Assembly: GCA_021613535.1 (NCBI GenBank)
Contig: CP075497.1
Location: 5,456,001 to 5,520,000 of the forward strand
Source of the DNA: Adineta vaga
Lineage: Eukaryota > Animalia > Rotifera
Length of the DNA stretch: 64,000 bases
Direction of reading: 5' to 3'
Position 1 is the stretch's first letter; every line of letters begins with the position of its first letter. The notes under the pieces are model-generated. The model saw nothing but the letters and a program-made list of their open reading frames with translations. It had not been told where the DNA came from and searched no databases. Positions 25,001-39,500 of this stretch are shown in pieces. The position numbers and the translations under genes are program-made.

Positions 25001-28000
25001 ATGTTGGCGCAATGGATTGTTTTGTTAATGATACTTTGCTTTAAATCGATTCAAACAATTAGTAAAGGTTATAGAATAAAATTTATTGATTTATTATTGA
25101 GAGAAAAAAATATATATATAATTTAGATGATTTACTTGTCGTTTCGGTCGCTACAAATGAAACAGATGGTTATCAACGTTTTGTTCGTTCATTAAATATT
25201 TATGGGTATAAATATGAGGTATTCATGTTTGTTGATTTTGTATAAATTCTATATAAAATTTTTGTAAAGATTTATGGACTCGGCCAAGTATGGAAAGGTG
25301 GAGATATGAAAAATGGTGCAGGTGGTGGCCATAAAATTAATATTCTTCGAGAGAATTTAGTTCGTTATAAAAATGATAAAACAAAAATCATTCTTTTTTC
25401 GGATTCTTATGATGTTATATTTACTCAACCACCGGAATTTCTTTTGGATAAATTTCGATCATTTGATTCTGCTCGAATTATCTTTGGTGCTGAAGATTAT
25501 TGTTGGCCAGATAAAAATTTACAAGTAAAAATTTTTAAATTCTTTAGTTAATTGACTTTCTTTTCTTTTAGTACGACTATCCATTGGTTGAAAGTAATGA
25601 AAAACGCTTTCTAAATTCAGGTGGTTTCATTGGTTATGCATCGGATATTTATGAAATGATAACAAGTAAAGAAACAATCGATGATAAAGAAGATGATCAA
25701 TTGTTTTATACAAAAATATTTCTCGATGAATATACACGAGTAAAATGAAAAATTTTTCGATTCGAATTGATTTCTTTTTTTCTTTGTTTAGACAAAATGG
25801 TCGATTGTGTTGGACAAACGTGCAGATATTTTCATGAATTTAAATGGAGCAACTGATGAAGTTGAATTACCTCTTATTAATGATGAAGTTTATGTTCATA
25901 ATTCATGGACAGATTCAGTTCCAATTGTTATTCATGGAAATGGACCTGCTAAAGTAAGAATTTGATATTTCTGAAAGATTATTAAGATCTTTTTTGTTCT
26001 AGAAAAGTTTGAATTATTTAAGTAATTATGTCGCTCGTGTATGGTCACCGACTCGTGGATGTTTACAATGTAAAGAAAATGTAATCGATTTAACAAAAAT
26101 TGATAATGTAAATATCATGTTTTGTATCATTTTTGATTGTTTCAAATCTTTGAATTTTGTAGGAACAATGGCCAATGGTTTATATTGCCATATTTATTGA
26201 ATATCCCACACCATTTCTTCGAGAATATTATGAAAAAATATTTAATTTAACTTATCCAAAGAATCGTTTAGGAATATTTATTCATAATCAAGTAATGTTG
26301 ATTTTCTCGTATTTCTAAAACGTTTAATCGTGTCAATCTTATTTTAGGTTGAATATCATAAAAATCTGACTGAAAAATATATGACTCAATTCAAGGAAAA
26401 TGGTTATAAATTTGTTAAATATTTCAATTATGATGATGATATTACAGAAGGTGAAGCTCGTCAACAAGCAATGTATGTAGTTTTGTCAATTTTGAAACTA
26501 TGAAATATCTTTTGATTTTTGTTTGTTAGCACGGAATGTCAAGAAGATCAATGTGATTATTTATTTGTTATTGATTCAATCGCTCATCTTGATAATCCAG
26601 AAACGTTAGTCAAATTAATATCATTAAATCGAACAATAGTTTCACCAATGCTTATACGAACGGGAAAAACTTGGAGTAATTTTTGGGGAGATTATACAGA
26701 TGAAGGATTTTATAAACGATCACCGGATTATGTGGATATTATTAATTATAATAAAACGTAAATGAGAAAAATCTTGAATGAACAATAAGAAATCTATTAC
26801 TTTTTTCTTTTTCTTTTAGAGGTTTATTTAATGTTCCATATATTACTCATTGCTATTTAATAAATGGAACATTTTTAAAACGTTTCATACCGGAATATAT
26901 TCATGCAAATGCGGATTCCGATGTGAAGTTTTGTCAATCAATACGAGATGCGGTAAGATAGAAACATATCGATATTGTTTTTTTTATTAACTAGACGTTT
27001 CTTTTATATAACGATAGGGTTATTTTATGTATTTACATAATGAATATGATTATGGACATTTAATTGATCCAGATAGTTTCAATACTTCATTGATTATACC
27101 TGAACTTTATGAAATATTTAATAATCTGAAAGTAAATATTTTTAATTTTCTAATGTAAATTTTTCTGAATTAATCTGTATGTGTTTTGTTTAGGATTGGA
27201 AAGCTCGTTATATCCATCCAGATTATTATAAAACACTTGAACCAAATGCAACACTTCAACAAGTAAGTCAACGATTACTTTCCGAAGAAATTCTTTAAAC
27301 GTAATGGTATTCATTGTTAACTAAATTTTTAGCCATGTCCTGATGTTTTCTGGTTTCCAATGGTTACTCATGAATTCACTTATGATCTGGTTAAAGTTAT
27401 GGAAGTATTCAATAGATGGTCAGGATCTGGACATAATGTAAGTTTCATTCAAATATAAAACGAATATTTCAATTCCATTTGATTGATTTAGGATGCACGT
27501 TTAGCAGGTGGTTATGAAAATGTACCAACAGATGATGTTCATATGACACAAGTCGATTTCAATGAACATTGGTTATATATTCTTAAAGAATTTATTCAAC
27601 CAATGCAACAAAAAGTATATACTGGTTATTATAATGATGTAAGTTTCTTCAAGATGGTCTTCTCAAAGATTTCATTAATTTATGATTTCGTTTAATAGCC
27701 ACCAAAAGCAGCATTGAATTTTGTCGTTCGATATATGCCTGAATACCAATATAAACTACGACCACATCATGATGCATCGACATATACAATTAATTTAGCA
27801 TTAAATGATGTTGAAAAAGATTATGAAGTAAGAAATAAAGACTAGTTCACAGAATTTCTTATAGATATTTGAACCTTTTCAGGGTGGTGGATGTCGATTT
27901 CTTCGTTATAATTGTTCAATAGCATCTACTGTTCGTGGATGGGCATTGATGCATCCGGGACGTTTAACTCATTTACATGAAGGTTTACCTGTATTAAAAG

Positions 28001-28038
28001 GCAAAAGATATATAATGGTATCATTTATTGATCCATAA
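25001..28038 (+). CDS. PLOD: Procollagen-lysine,2-oxoglutarate 5-dioxygenase (lysyl hydroxylase/glycosyltransferase)
   Basis: Signal peptide; VATNETDG; GGGHKINIL; FSDSYD; FLNSGGFIG; WSNFWG; GGYENVPT; LRPHHDAST; [12 protein letters not shown]; YIMVSFIDP*. Confidence 0.97.
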
Positions 28039-28337
28039 ATGAATTCGAGGAAAAAAAGTATTATTTAATCATGTTTTTACAATTCTTATCTTTATCTGAG
28101 TGTGTGTGCCTAATAATTGTTAATTGTTTTCTATGTACCTCTTGGTGCTATTTTTTACTCATTTTTGAAGTTTATACTAGTCGACTTACAAGTCATTATT
28201 TACTAATCATATGAGCAATGAATTGACTTTTGTTTTTTGTTTTGCTAGTGTGTAGTGTGAATTAAAATTAAAGATAATCTTTCTTTTCTGTTATAAAAGA
28301 AATCAAAATTTTTCTTGTTTTTTTTTCAGACCAGAAA

Positions 28338-29624
28338 ATGTCTTCATTAACTGAAAGTACATCATTTCTTTCAAATACGTTAAAACGACGTCAACAAAAA
28401 CGACAAGAAGTAACAAAAATCTTACAAGAAGGAATAAGTTCTCTTCATCTTTCATCATTATCATCATCTGAACAACAAACAAATGAAGGCGTCTATCCTC
28501 TTTTTAATATCGATCCTGAATCTTATCTATTAGATGAAGGTGATGAACGTTCAATGCTTGAACCAAGTTCATACAATAATTCCGATTTTAAACAAACAAA
28601 AAATAGTCTTTTTAATTGGCTTAATTCCACATTAACGAATGATTCTATCATTATTCGATCATTCGAAGATGATCTTTATGATGGTTATATTTTCGGAAAA
28701 TTAATTGAATTCTATCAATCAAATGTTCACTTACTTTCCGATGGTATACCTTTATCTGAAGAATGTAAAAAGAAAACTCTTCAACGTGTTTTAAATTATC
28801 TTGAAATATATTTTAATCAACAAAATCAAGGAATTAAATGGACATTTAATGAAATTTATAATCATGATTCAATTGCCATTTTACATTTATTATTAGCATT
28901 GATGAAATGTTTCAATAGGAAAATCTATGATGAATTACCGAGGACATTACTTTTGAAAGTTGTTGTTGTTAGAAAAACAAATGGAATATTACAAACGAGA
29001 ATTGTACATGAACGTTTTATTGATGAACATGATCGAGAAATAATACCGGTAAGAAGATTTATTCAGCTAAAAGATACAAAAACTTGATTATTTAGGAAGA
29101 ATCTTCGAAATCAGGTGATCTTATCGATGTTCTATTTGATTTAGCACCTGAAAAATTACTTACAGTAGAACGAACGTTATTGAATTTTATAAATAATCAA
29201 TTAAATTGTTATAATATTCATATAAAACAAATTCATATAGAATATTTTCGAGATGGTTTAAATTTACTTTATTTAATTAGTCATTTAGAAAATTCATTTA
29301 TTATTTTAAATAAATATCATCATAAAAAACCAATAACACGTGAACAATCTCATGCAAATTTTCAATTAGCTTTTCAACTTATGAATCAAAGTAAATTGAA
29401 AGAGAGAAAAAACAATGATTTCTTTTCATCAATCTTTTCATTTAGTTGGTATTGAGATTGACGAATATTGTCGAATCAATGATTTACTCGATGGAAATCA
29501 AAGAACGTTATATCGACTTCTTTTTCAACTTTATCTCAGATATAATTCCGATTCAAGTCATTTATTACAATCGATATCACATCTTCAATCTGTTCGAACG
29601 AATGTCGATAGTCCATTTTTATGA
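28338..29624 (+). CDS. PARV: Parvin-like protein (two calponin-homology domains)
   Basis: LDEGDERSMLEP, LFNWLN...SFEDDLYDG, DSIAILHLLLAL, VVVVRKTNGILQT, LIDVLFDLAPEKL, FRDGLNLLYL. Confidence 0.85.
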
Positions 29625-29797
29625 ATGCTTATTTTCGAATCTTTTCATATAGATACATTTTACTTTTTATTTGCATGTTTTTAACTATTCAATGTCAGAT
29701 TTTGTTTTTCTTTTGATTCTTTCAATAATCAATTACAGAAATCAATTTCTTTCATTATTTATTATTTACAAAATATCTGTATTAACGAAAACAAAAA

Positions 29798-30579
29798 TTA
29801 CTTGGAAGTGTCTTTCATTGTTTCAAGTATAGATGCAACATTAGCAACAAAATCTGGAAATGTTTCATCACATAAATATTTCTCTAAAAAATCATTGGTT
29901 TCTTTACAATCAAAAGATGCTTCTTGATTATAATATGTCGATAATTTGAGCGAAGTATCACCCGTTAGTAGTTTAATCATATCAACAATTGATACAATTG
30001 AATTGGATCTTTCAACTAGATTTGTCGTGGTCATTGATGATGATGATGGTATCGAATCAAAATGTGTAATCTTAATTGCATGTGAAAGTAATTTTATACA
30101 ATCTTCACAATGTTGACGAGCATTTTTTGTAGCTGTTGAAGCAAATTTAACAAGAAATTTACGTTGAATATTATCATGTGGAATAAAATAACTCAATAAA
30201 AGACTATCACCCGTATAAGTACCAATAATTGAAGAAGAATCGGTAGTTAACAAATCGATACATTCGATTTTTTCTGTTTCATCTCGAATAACATATAATT
30301 GTTGAGTTGATGTTAACATTAAACGAAGTAATCCTTCGGAGCAATCGATCAATTGACGTTGTGGTCTATATAGTAAAATAAATAAGAGAATTAATGTAAT
30401 CAAAGATACAGACTGTTGTCGTTCGCTCGAAGATGTCGAATTTGGACTTGATAGAGGTGTGTAATGATTAATTTCAACAGCATAACGTAATAATGTCCAG
30501 TTTTTTGTCAATATAGATGAAATATTCATCTAAAATATTGAACATTGCTGATGAAATTAATTTTTTGAAAGTTTACCAT
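29798..30579 (-). CDS. REC114: Meiotic recombination protein REC114-like
   Basis: WTLLRYA; PH-like core GDSLLL...RKFLVKFASTATKNARQHCEDCIKLL; C-terminal FLEKYLCDETFPDFVANVASIL, resembling vertebrate FLRLCLMDQNFPAFVEEVEKEL. Confidence 0.8.
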
Positions 30580-30960
30580 GTGAATTCTATCTCGTTTGCA
30601 TCGTTTTGTACAATCATATTAAAACTTTTTTCCGAAATTCATCAACCAAGATATAAGAGGGATTTCAACTGATTTATTCATCTACATTTTACGTGTATCA
30701 TAAACAAACAAATGAATCTAGATCAGGATTGTAATATTCATAAATAGAAAGGGAACTCTGAAAACTTGCATTACAATAGACTATATAAACACACACAGAA
30801 AAACTAAGGTAAATGACAAGATAAACGATTTGTATTATGCACTGTATACAGGTATATAGAACTTATGTAAGGGAAGAAAAAAAAAGATCATTCTTAATCT
30901 GACTACTTAATTGAACAGATATATAATACATATGAATATGAAGGAAGAGTCAAAACTAAA

Positions 30961-31844
30961 TTAATGAGGCCGTACCGGCGCATTCTTTTCAAATGAGTGA
31001 TGATTCTCATTTTTATCTGGTTTAGATTTGATAAAATCTCTGATATGTTCAATAATTAGATCGACAGCAATAAGATTGTCAGCACCACGTGGTATGATAA
31101 CATCAGCATATTTTTTTGTTGGTAAACAAAAATCTTCAAATGATGGTTTAACATGATTTGTATAACTCGTTAAAATATGTTCTAAACTACGACCATGTTG
31201 TTTCATATCACGTAGAACACGACGAGCTAAACGAGTATCCGCATCTGTATCAACAAATAATTTCATTTGAAAAAGCTCCTAAACAAAAAGAGAAGACATT
31301 ATTTAAATGAAATTTTTAAATCAAAATTATTTACTCGAATTTCTGGAAAATAAAAAACAAGAATGCCTTCAACTATAATAACTGGTACAGGTTCGATTGT
31401 ATCAAATACGCCATCGATATGTTCATATTTACCAGCATCATACTGAGCAATCTAAATATTCACGAAATGAATTCAAAGAAACAAAGTAAAAAACGTCATT
31501 GCAATACTTTAACAGTTTCACCTTTGAGTAATTTTATCAAAGTACTATATAAAAGTTTCTCATCAAATGCTTTTGGATGATCGAGATTATAATCGCCACG
31601 TACTGCCATATCACGTTGTTCGGCTGTTTTGGGTTTATAAAAATTTTCCATTGCTATCACAGTAACACGCTTTTTCTTATCGGTTGCATCTTCTGGTTGT
31701 AATGCATCGACAATTCTTTGGCATACTGTTGATTTACCTATACAAGTTATCATGTTAAACAGTCATCAATTTTGTTCAAAACTTACTCGAACATGGTCCT
31801 CCAGAAACACCAATAAGAAATGGTGCTTTAGATAATGTTGGCAT
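30961..31844 (-). CDS. UCK: Uridine-cytidine kinase
   Basis: PFLIGVSGG...[68 protein letters not shown]. Confidence 0.95.
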
Positions 31845-32773
31845 TTGGAGGTTGATAAATTAAAATTATCTGAAAGAAAAAGACAATCGTTTTCTTGTGC
31901 AGAATATATAAAAATGAATGGCTTATATAATAAAAAATAACCCAGTATTTCGCCATTTAAATTACTGGATTTTTCACCAATCTCAGCCAATGAGTGTGCG
32001 TGTATATGTCATTCGTTCAAATCAGACAGCACCGTCACTCGCAGTCGTACTTTTACATAGAGAACGCACACATATTAAAGGGTAAACAATACGGGCGAAT
32101 GAAATCGAACCTGAATCACATGCTAAGAAAATATTCATAGATTTTACTCTAATGTCGGTAAAATGATCTACATATACTCATTTAGCAACTATAATGATTG
32201 CCGTTTTATTATAAGAGATGATATAAAAAAAAACATTTCACAATAACTCTATAGATAAATCATTCTCACGCGGAAAATTCCAAATATGCTTTCTAACTCA
32301 AAACATAATTTGAAAAACAAATCCATCGATATTTCAACTATAATCTTGGAAATTTTCATTTTATATGATTTCCTGTTCCTTTCCCTCGATCGAAACTTTT
32401 CTTGTCAACAACACATCAATAAACAAACAACATCATTATCTATACATATACATATATATATATACAATCAAATCGGCTATGTTAGATAAACAGCACGAAT
32501 TTGCAATGTCGACTTGACCTTGTCTTCATCAGAATAGTCGGAAAAAAGATCTCTTCGAATTTTCATGTTCGATCTACAAGAAAAGGAAGATAAATATGTT
32601 TTTATAAAAGCAGATATATATATATATTTATTTATTTATATCATATTTAGTTTGACTCAGACATCCAAAGAAATGAAACATTTAGAGGAAGAACGAAAAC
32701 CAACAACAACAACAAATAAAGTTTTTGATCATTTTTAAAAAGATAAAGTAAAGATATAAACGAAGATAAACGA

Positions 32774-35700
32774 CTAGTTACTACTGAGAATAAGTTCATA
32801 AGCTTGAACGATTAAATTTGCTACGTCCGGAATTTTGGTTTTTAATGAAAACTAAAAATAAAGAGAAAGAAAACAATTTTCTTCTTTTTTTCCTATTATT
32901 TATACAAATTCTTACTGCTATCGTTCGATTTCCTGGTGTAATTTTCAACTCAACTAATGCCGAAATTCCATTGACTAATTTAATTGTTTGATAGAGCATT
33001 TCTTTTTGTTCAATAATCGTTCGTGTAACTGTATGAATATTATTCAAACGTAATTTATTTTGTAAATCATCAATTGATAGACCATTTACATTTTGTAATT
33101 GATGTTTAATTTCATTCGTTTCGGGCATTTCTTGCCATATTTGAACAAAAGCCATTTTATCTATTTCATTATCTTGAACGAAATAAACATGAATGGGCAC
33201 GGTACATGCAAAATAAAATACATCCACATTGTTTTTAATCGCCACTTGAAGATTGGTTAATGGATCCATTTTCAGAACTGATCCAGTATTATTTAAAACT
33301 AATTGTGTTGATACAGTTTGATTTGGAAGTAATGGACTTGTAACTTGTAGTGGTTGAGCAGGTGTTAAACCAAAACTATTACGATTTAATTGCAATGCAA
33401 AATCACTCATTGGTTGAAGTGCTTTGTTACTAAAATCCATTTCCATAACAATTTGATTATTTCGACGAGCAAATGTACCGGACACTTCTAAACCTTTACC
33501 TTTCTGTGCACTTAACCAAACCTACAAATTCGATAGAAGAAGTTTTTTTTTTTTATAAAAATAGATATGTCTATTGACGCACTTCTTTTGGTAAAGCAAA
33601 CGTATTCGGAGCTGAATAGGTAAGTCCTGTACTACCACCTCCACCTAGATTTAAATCACCGAATAGAGCATCTAATAAGTTTCCACTTTTAGCTGGTTGT
33701 GTCACTGGAAGTGAGGTTGTAGTCATTGCTGGTATTTGAGATTGTGGTGTTTGAGCAGTACCAATATGCATATCGGGTCCAAGAATTGATGAAAGTTCAT
33801 CATCAAGTAAATTGGGTACAGCTGATGGTGCTCGTGGTTGTGTTTGTCCAATATTGGGAGCTGTTATTGTTGTATGCGATGTTCCTGGCATCGGTCCCAA
33901 TATATCAAAATCATCAATTAATGAACCAACATTACCACCAATAACCACTTGTTGTTGTTGATGATTTCCTGACATAATATCATCACCAGGTGTTTCTTCA
34001 TCATCACCAGCCTCACCACCTGCACGAAGTGGTAGATTCTTTTTCAATGCATGACGACCTTCAACAAAGGCATTGGGTGGTTTATGATAAACAGATGCTA
34101 ATGTTCCAATATAACAAATAAGTTCATTCAGAAGTGTTGGTTCAAGTAAATCAGTTTCTTCGGAAATAAGTGGTTTTTCTGCGAGAACAACTTCTTTAGC
34201 TGCTTTTGGATCAGTTGATAAAAGACGCCAATAAATATAACCACGATCACGTAAATCAGGATTGTCAGTTTCCTATTCGACATAAATCTTTCTATTTTTA
34301 AAAAACAAGATTTTTCATTTTAACTCCATACCTGTGTTACAAGTGTTAAAACACGTGTAACTAATTCCTGTGGCGTTTCTGTTGGTTTTTTTAAGAATAA
34401 TTTAACAATTGCTGTTAATAATTGTAATTGTACTTGACTATTTTCATCTTTGAAACCATCAAGAAAACCTTCAAGCAATTCATCAGCATTATCAATACGT
34501 TCTGCATATTCTCCAATAATCCAAATCATTGATGCACTAAATTATAGACAAAAGTCTTCAAGAAAATTCAACAAAACAAATTTTAATTTACCGAGCTTCA
34601 GGTTCATCAAGTGAATCGAGATTTTCGCATAATGTTGCAATGATACTTTCATATTTATTTGGGTATTTTCGAAATATATCCTATAACAATAGTAATAATA
34701 ATTATAATAGACTTATTATTCTGTAAAATTTCGATTCAAAAACAAATTACTTTGATAACAACAATTGCTTCTTGTACAACATAATTAACTTTTGTTTGAA
34801 TCAAATCAATTAATGTACTAACACATCTCTCTGCCGATTGTTCAACTTTAATTGCACAACGACCAATGGCACGTACTGATTTTCGAACAAAATCAACATC
34901 AACTTCAGTTGCATATCTGAATGAAATAAGGTTTTATTTATTCTATGTGATTTCCCGAATGACAATTCAACATACTCTTTCAATTCTGCTAAAACCTGAG
35001 CAATATTCGTTGCATTTGTTAATCGTATCATAATATCCAATTTTTCAAGTTTAACATAGATTGGATCATTGTATTTAACAAAAAAGACTTTCATTTCATT
35101 TTTTAATATATCCGGTCTATAAATAATCGAAAGAAATCTAATCCTTTTTTTTCTTATCTAAATAAACAATTATTTACCGTTTTTGTACGATTAAATTTAT
35201 ATTACGTAAAGCAACATATTGAATTTCAGGTTCTGCCGATAAGAGTGTAACTAATGGTGGTGCTAATTTTCGATGAAGATTTTGAACAAATTCGCTATGT
35301 TGATCAACTAATTCAAGAAATTTCATTAAAACCTACATGGATGATAACGAATATTCCATAGAGAATATAGATCGTATGAAATAATTACCTTAACAGCTGA
35401 TAAAACAACAGCAGCATTGGCATGAGCAAGACGTGGTGTTATGCGTTCACAGATGCTTTGTGCTTCTTTATCATCCTAAAATTACAAAATCTTCTTTTCG
35501 AAAACAAATTCTTTTTATTCCAAAAGTGATAATTGCTATTTCTATAATATGATATTTTCAACGAACCTTCGGTGAATAATTAGCAATTGCATCAAGTATA
35601 AAAACTTGACCCCATTCAGTGCATTCATTAAGTGCTGTTAGTAATTTATTAATTGTCGGACCATTTAAATCAAAAACTCGTGTTTGTGGTGATTGTTCAG

Positions 35701-36556
35701 CTATTTCACTCAATGCAGCAACAGCATTTGCCACAACCTAAATCAAAAACAAAATTCATTTAGAACTTCATTTTCTATTCGTCTTACCATTGGATTTGAA
35801 TCTGAAATCAAATCTCTCAACATATCAAGAAAACCTTGATCATCAACGAGTTGTTGATTAATATCATATAATTTTGCAACACAAACAGCTGCTGTTTTTC
35901 GAACATATGGATCTTCATCTTTTAAACATTTACGTAAAGGTTCACATAAATGTTCAGTGATTTTTTCTACACGTATACAACCCATTGTACGTACAGCTAA
36001 AGCACGAATTAATGGATTTGGATCATTACAATCCTAATAAAAGAAAAGAAAAGAAAAAAAATATTTTAATGATTTTATTTTGTTCTTTTTACTTTTGCAA
36101 ATGTATTGACAGCAAGAATAGCCATTTCTGGTTGTGTCTTAGCATAATTCATCAAATAAAGATAGACGAGTTTCTTTAATTCGAGATTATCTGTTTGCAT
36201 ACAATTGACAACATCAGGAAACAATTGACTAGAACAAATCAAAGGCAAAAATTTGATAAAAATTTTAAAAATCATAACGAATAAATTTACCTAACGTCTT
36301 TACCAACTGTCATACTTGCAATAACCTAAAGGAATAACAATACGCATCGATTGAAAATAGTTTTTTTTCATGAATAGATTACCTTTTTAACTGCTTCCTT
36401 CTTACGATCACGTTTATCACTATTTAATTCCGCTTTCAATTCATAAATTTCGCCTAATTTACAAAAAAAGATAAATTAGATTTTATGTCTTTTCATTAAA
36501 TAGATTAATTTGTCACGAATACCTTTCTTAGCTTCAGCTTCATACATCGCAGCCAT
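32774..36556 (-). CDS. AP1B1: AP-1/AP-2 adaptor complex beta subunit
   Basis: [14 protein letters not shown]; [29 protein letters not shown]; [19 protein letters not shown]; [20 protein letters not shown]; hinge with LLD motifs; appendage [14 protein letters not shown]. Confidence 0.96.
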
Positions 36557-39500
36557 GTCTACTCGTGTTCAATTTTTATCTCTCAACCGTGAGGATGTTA
36601 TGATTTTAAATGAATGATAAGATAACTGATAGTTTAGTGCGAAAGAAAAGAAAGTTACTTTTCTATAGAGAGAGAGAGACAGAGAGCAAAAGCGAAGTGT
36701 GTGTCGTTTGAAAGAGACTAACGGCAAAAAACTAGGATGAGTATGTTAAAATAATATGAAGAAAAAGAAAACGTTTGTCGTCGTCGTCGTCACCTCTTCG
36801 CAAAGCAGAGAAAGAGAAGAAGAAAAAAAAGTCCTCTTGATTTTTCTTGTTTCTTCACAATTTTATTCAGAAAAGAAAGAAGAAAAAAAATATGTGACAA
36901 TCAAGATTTTATTATTTCTTTGACCAATACTAAGGAGAACCATTAAAAAAAAGAAAAAGAAAGAAAGAGAGAAAGAAAAAGAAAATTGGTCATTTATAGT
37001 CATATCGAAGGTACCTGTGGCTTTTTTCTTTTCTCTCGATTTCATTCGTTCTTTTCTTCACCTCTATTGTGACAATATTCGTATATTTATTCAGCTTTCT
37101 TTATTTCACACGAGTAGACGACAGAAGAACGAAAAATTACAACGAATATGATTCATAACATGAGACATCAAATATGAATGAACGTCAAAAGATTGATTTA
37201 CCTTTACGTGTTGTTGAGAAATACTTTGAATCCGTCATTCTCTCGTCGACAACAAATCTAAAATAAAATGTTCTTCTATTTGAAAACTCATTGATCAATA
37301 TATATATGTATGAGTAAAAAACAGCAATAACAATAAAGAATCTGAATTCATTGACAATGCGATCAAATCAACAACAATCGCAAAAATAAATAACAAGAAT
37401 TCGTTTGTTCATTGGTTTATTACTAAAGCTTAGAACTAGTCAATGAAGAGGTCGCTAGCTATTGTTCTTGTCTGTAGATTGCAGTACAATGTTAGATATT
37501 ATATAGATTTTCAAACATCATCAAATCATAAATAGTAATGTATGAAATTTTTTGTTCAAAATCGACAAATATTCTGATAGATAGCTTCTTTTTTTTCAGT
37601 TTGTTTGATTACTCATCAGGGTATCCAACGAACAAACTTCCTGTCAAAAAGTTCTGCTTTTAATATTTGCCGTCTTTTCTTTTAAAAACTAATCCATGAT
37701 AAAGCTTGTCAAAAAGCAAAGAAAAGAAGAATTATCCTATCGGCATTCTCAATTCATTTATCAGAATTATAAATAGATCATAAAAACACGACTTGACTCG
37801 TTTCTTGTTGATCATTTACATGATAATTGATGACTTCTATTCATTACATCATTAATGAAATCTTCTTCGTTGTTATTATTATTATTTATAATAAGATCAT
37901 TTTCCGTTTTCCGTAAACAACGAACTCTATCAATCATTTGATTAATATCGAGAGAAATAAGCACGATGCGAATCTCATGAGATATTTTAATTACTTTTCG
38001 ATAGACACTCGAAACTTCTCGACATCTTAGTTTATTAAACTCCAAACTATTATAGCATAAAATGTTTATGAATGACATTCGATCATCATCATCAAACTCA
38101 TGATACTTGTTTACATCTGACTTTAATTATAAGCTGTATCATATCTTCTTTCTTCACTGCTGTTTTAGTCCAAATAGAGATCTTCAATGTCATTATATGC
38201 TTATTTATATATTACAATTTTTGTTTTCTTCTGTCCGTATATAACTGACCTAAAAAAGAATTGTTAATGGATAAAGATGTGTAACCTAATGTATCATTGA
38301 CGTCAATATTGTATATGTATATAAACTACATTATTGATATAGGAAAAAAGAAGAAAAATCATTTCCTCTTTTGATCCGCCTTGACATTGTCAGTGGTTAA
38401 TGTCTCTTTGACAAGCAAATATTAGAGATCTATTTTGATGGGTGTGTATATATATATTTAATTGATTATTTATAAAAAAAATATGATAATTTCATCGACA
38501 ATAGAATAGAAGACATTCAAGCAATTAATCAAACGCTCATAGAAGCAGAATATACCAATGACGTTTTGCTTTGATATATAGATCCATCAAACGTCATTTT
38601 TTGTTGTTATTATGTGAGTATATGGTTTGATTTGTTTATTTTTCGAACACGAATGATTTTGTTCTTCTGCAATTAATATAAACTGTCAGTGTCAGATGTC
38701 CAAAGAAAACTATAGTTAAATACAACTAAACATCTGTTACGATCAACAGTCAATCGAAATAGATCGATTAGTATTTACAAAAAATTGTCTCATATTGTAA
38801 TAATAGGTAAAAGAAATCTATTTTACTAAGAATGATTGAATACATTCGTATAGTTCAGTTAACGAATCTAATTAAACCTTCAGTCTCTATTCTTCTCATT
38901 TTTGTAAAATAACAACATAAACATGAAACCACAGAAATGATCTTGAAGAAGTAAGTTTCTTTCTTTCTTTCTTTTTTGTTCATAGAAGACATATGTCATG
39001 TTAAAGAAATAGTCGAGAATAGTATCTCATTAAATTCTTCTCTTTTTAGTCATGTTCACACGTGACTCTACATTAAAAATGAGCAGAGAATAGAAAATTC
39101 AATATGTTCGTAACAAAAGATTGAGATGAGATTTTTCTTATGAATATGATTATTTTATGTTTACTTTGTATAAATTTTTCTTTTACTTTTAGAATGTTTG
39201 TAGTTTTATGTCTGTAGACCATTTTCTTCCGATGAAAAAAAATACAATTGTTTCAACAATATAATCGACGGTTGCTTTTCATTTGTTTTCTTTTTATTAA
39301 TGAACCGATAGAGAGAGAAAAATAGAGTAGAACAATATATTAATAGCAGAAACAAATGTAAAATACTTCTTTCCGATTAACATATTATCTATCCGCAAAA
39401 AAACATTCTATAGTTTATCTTAACAATGAGAAAAAAACGAGAATTTTTGATATAGTTTTTATTTTTCTTAATCGTCATTTAACGCGCCTCAATAGACGAC

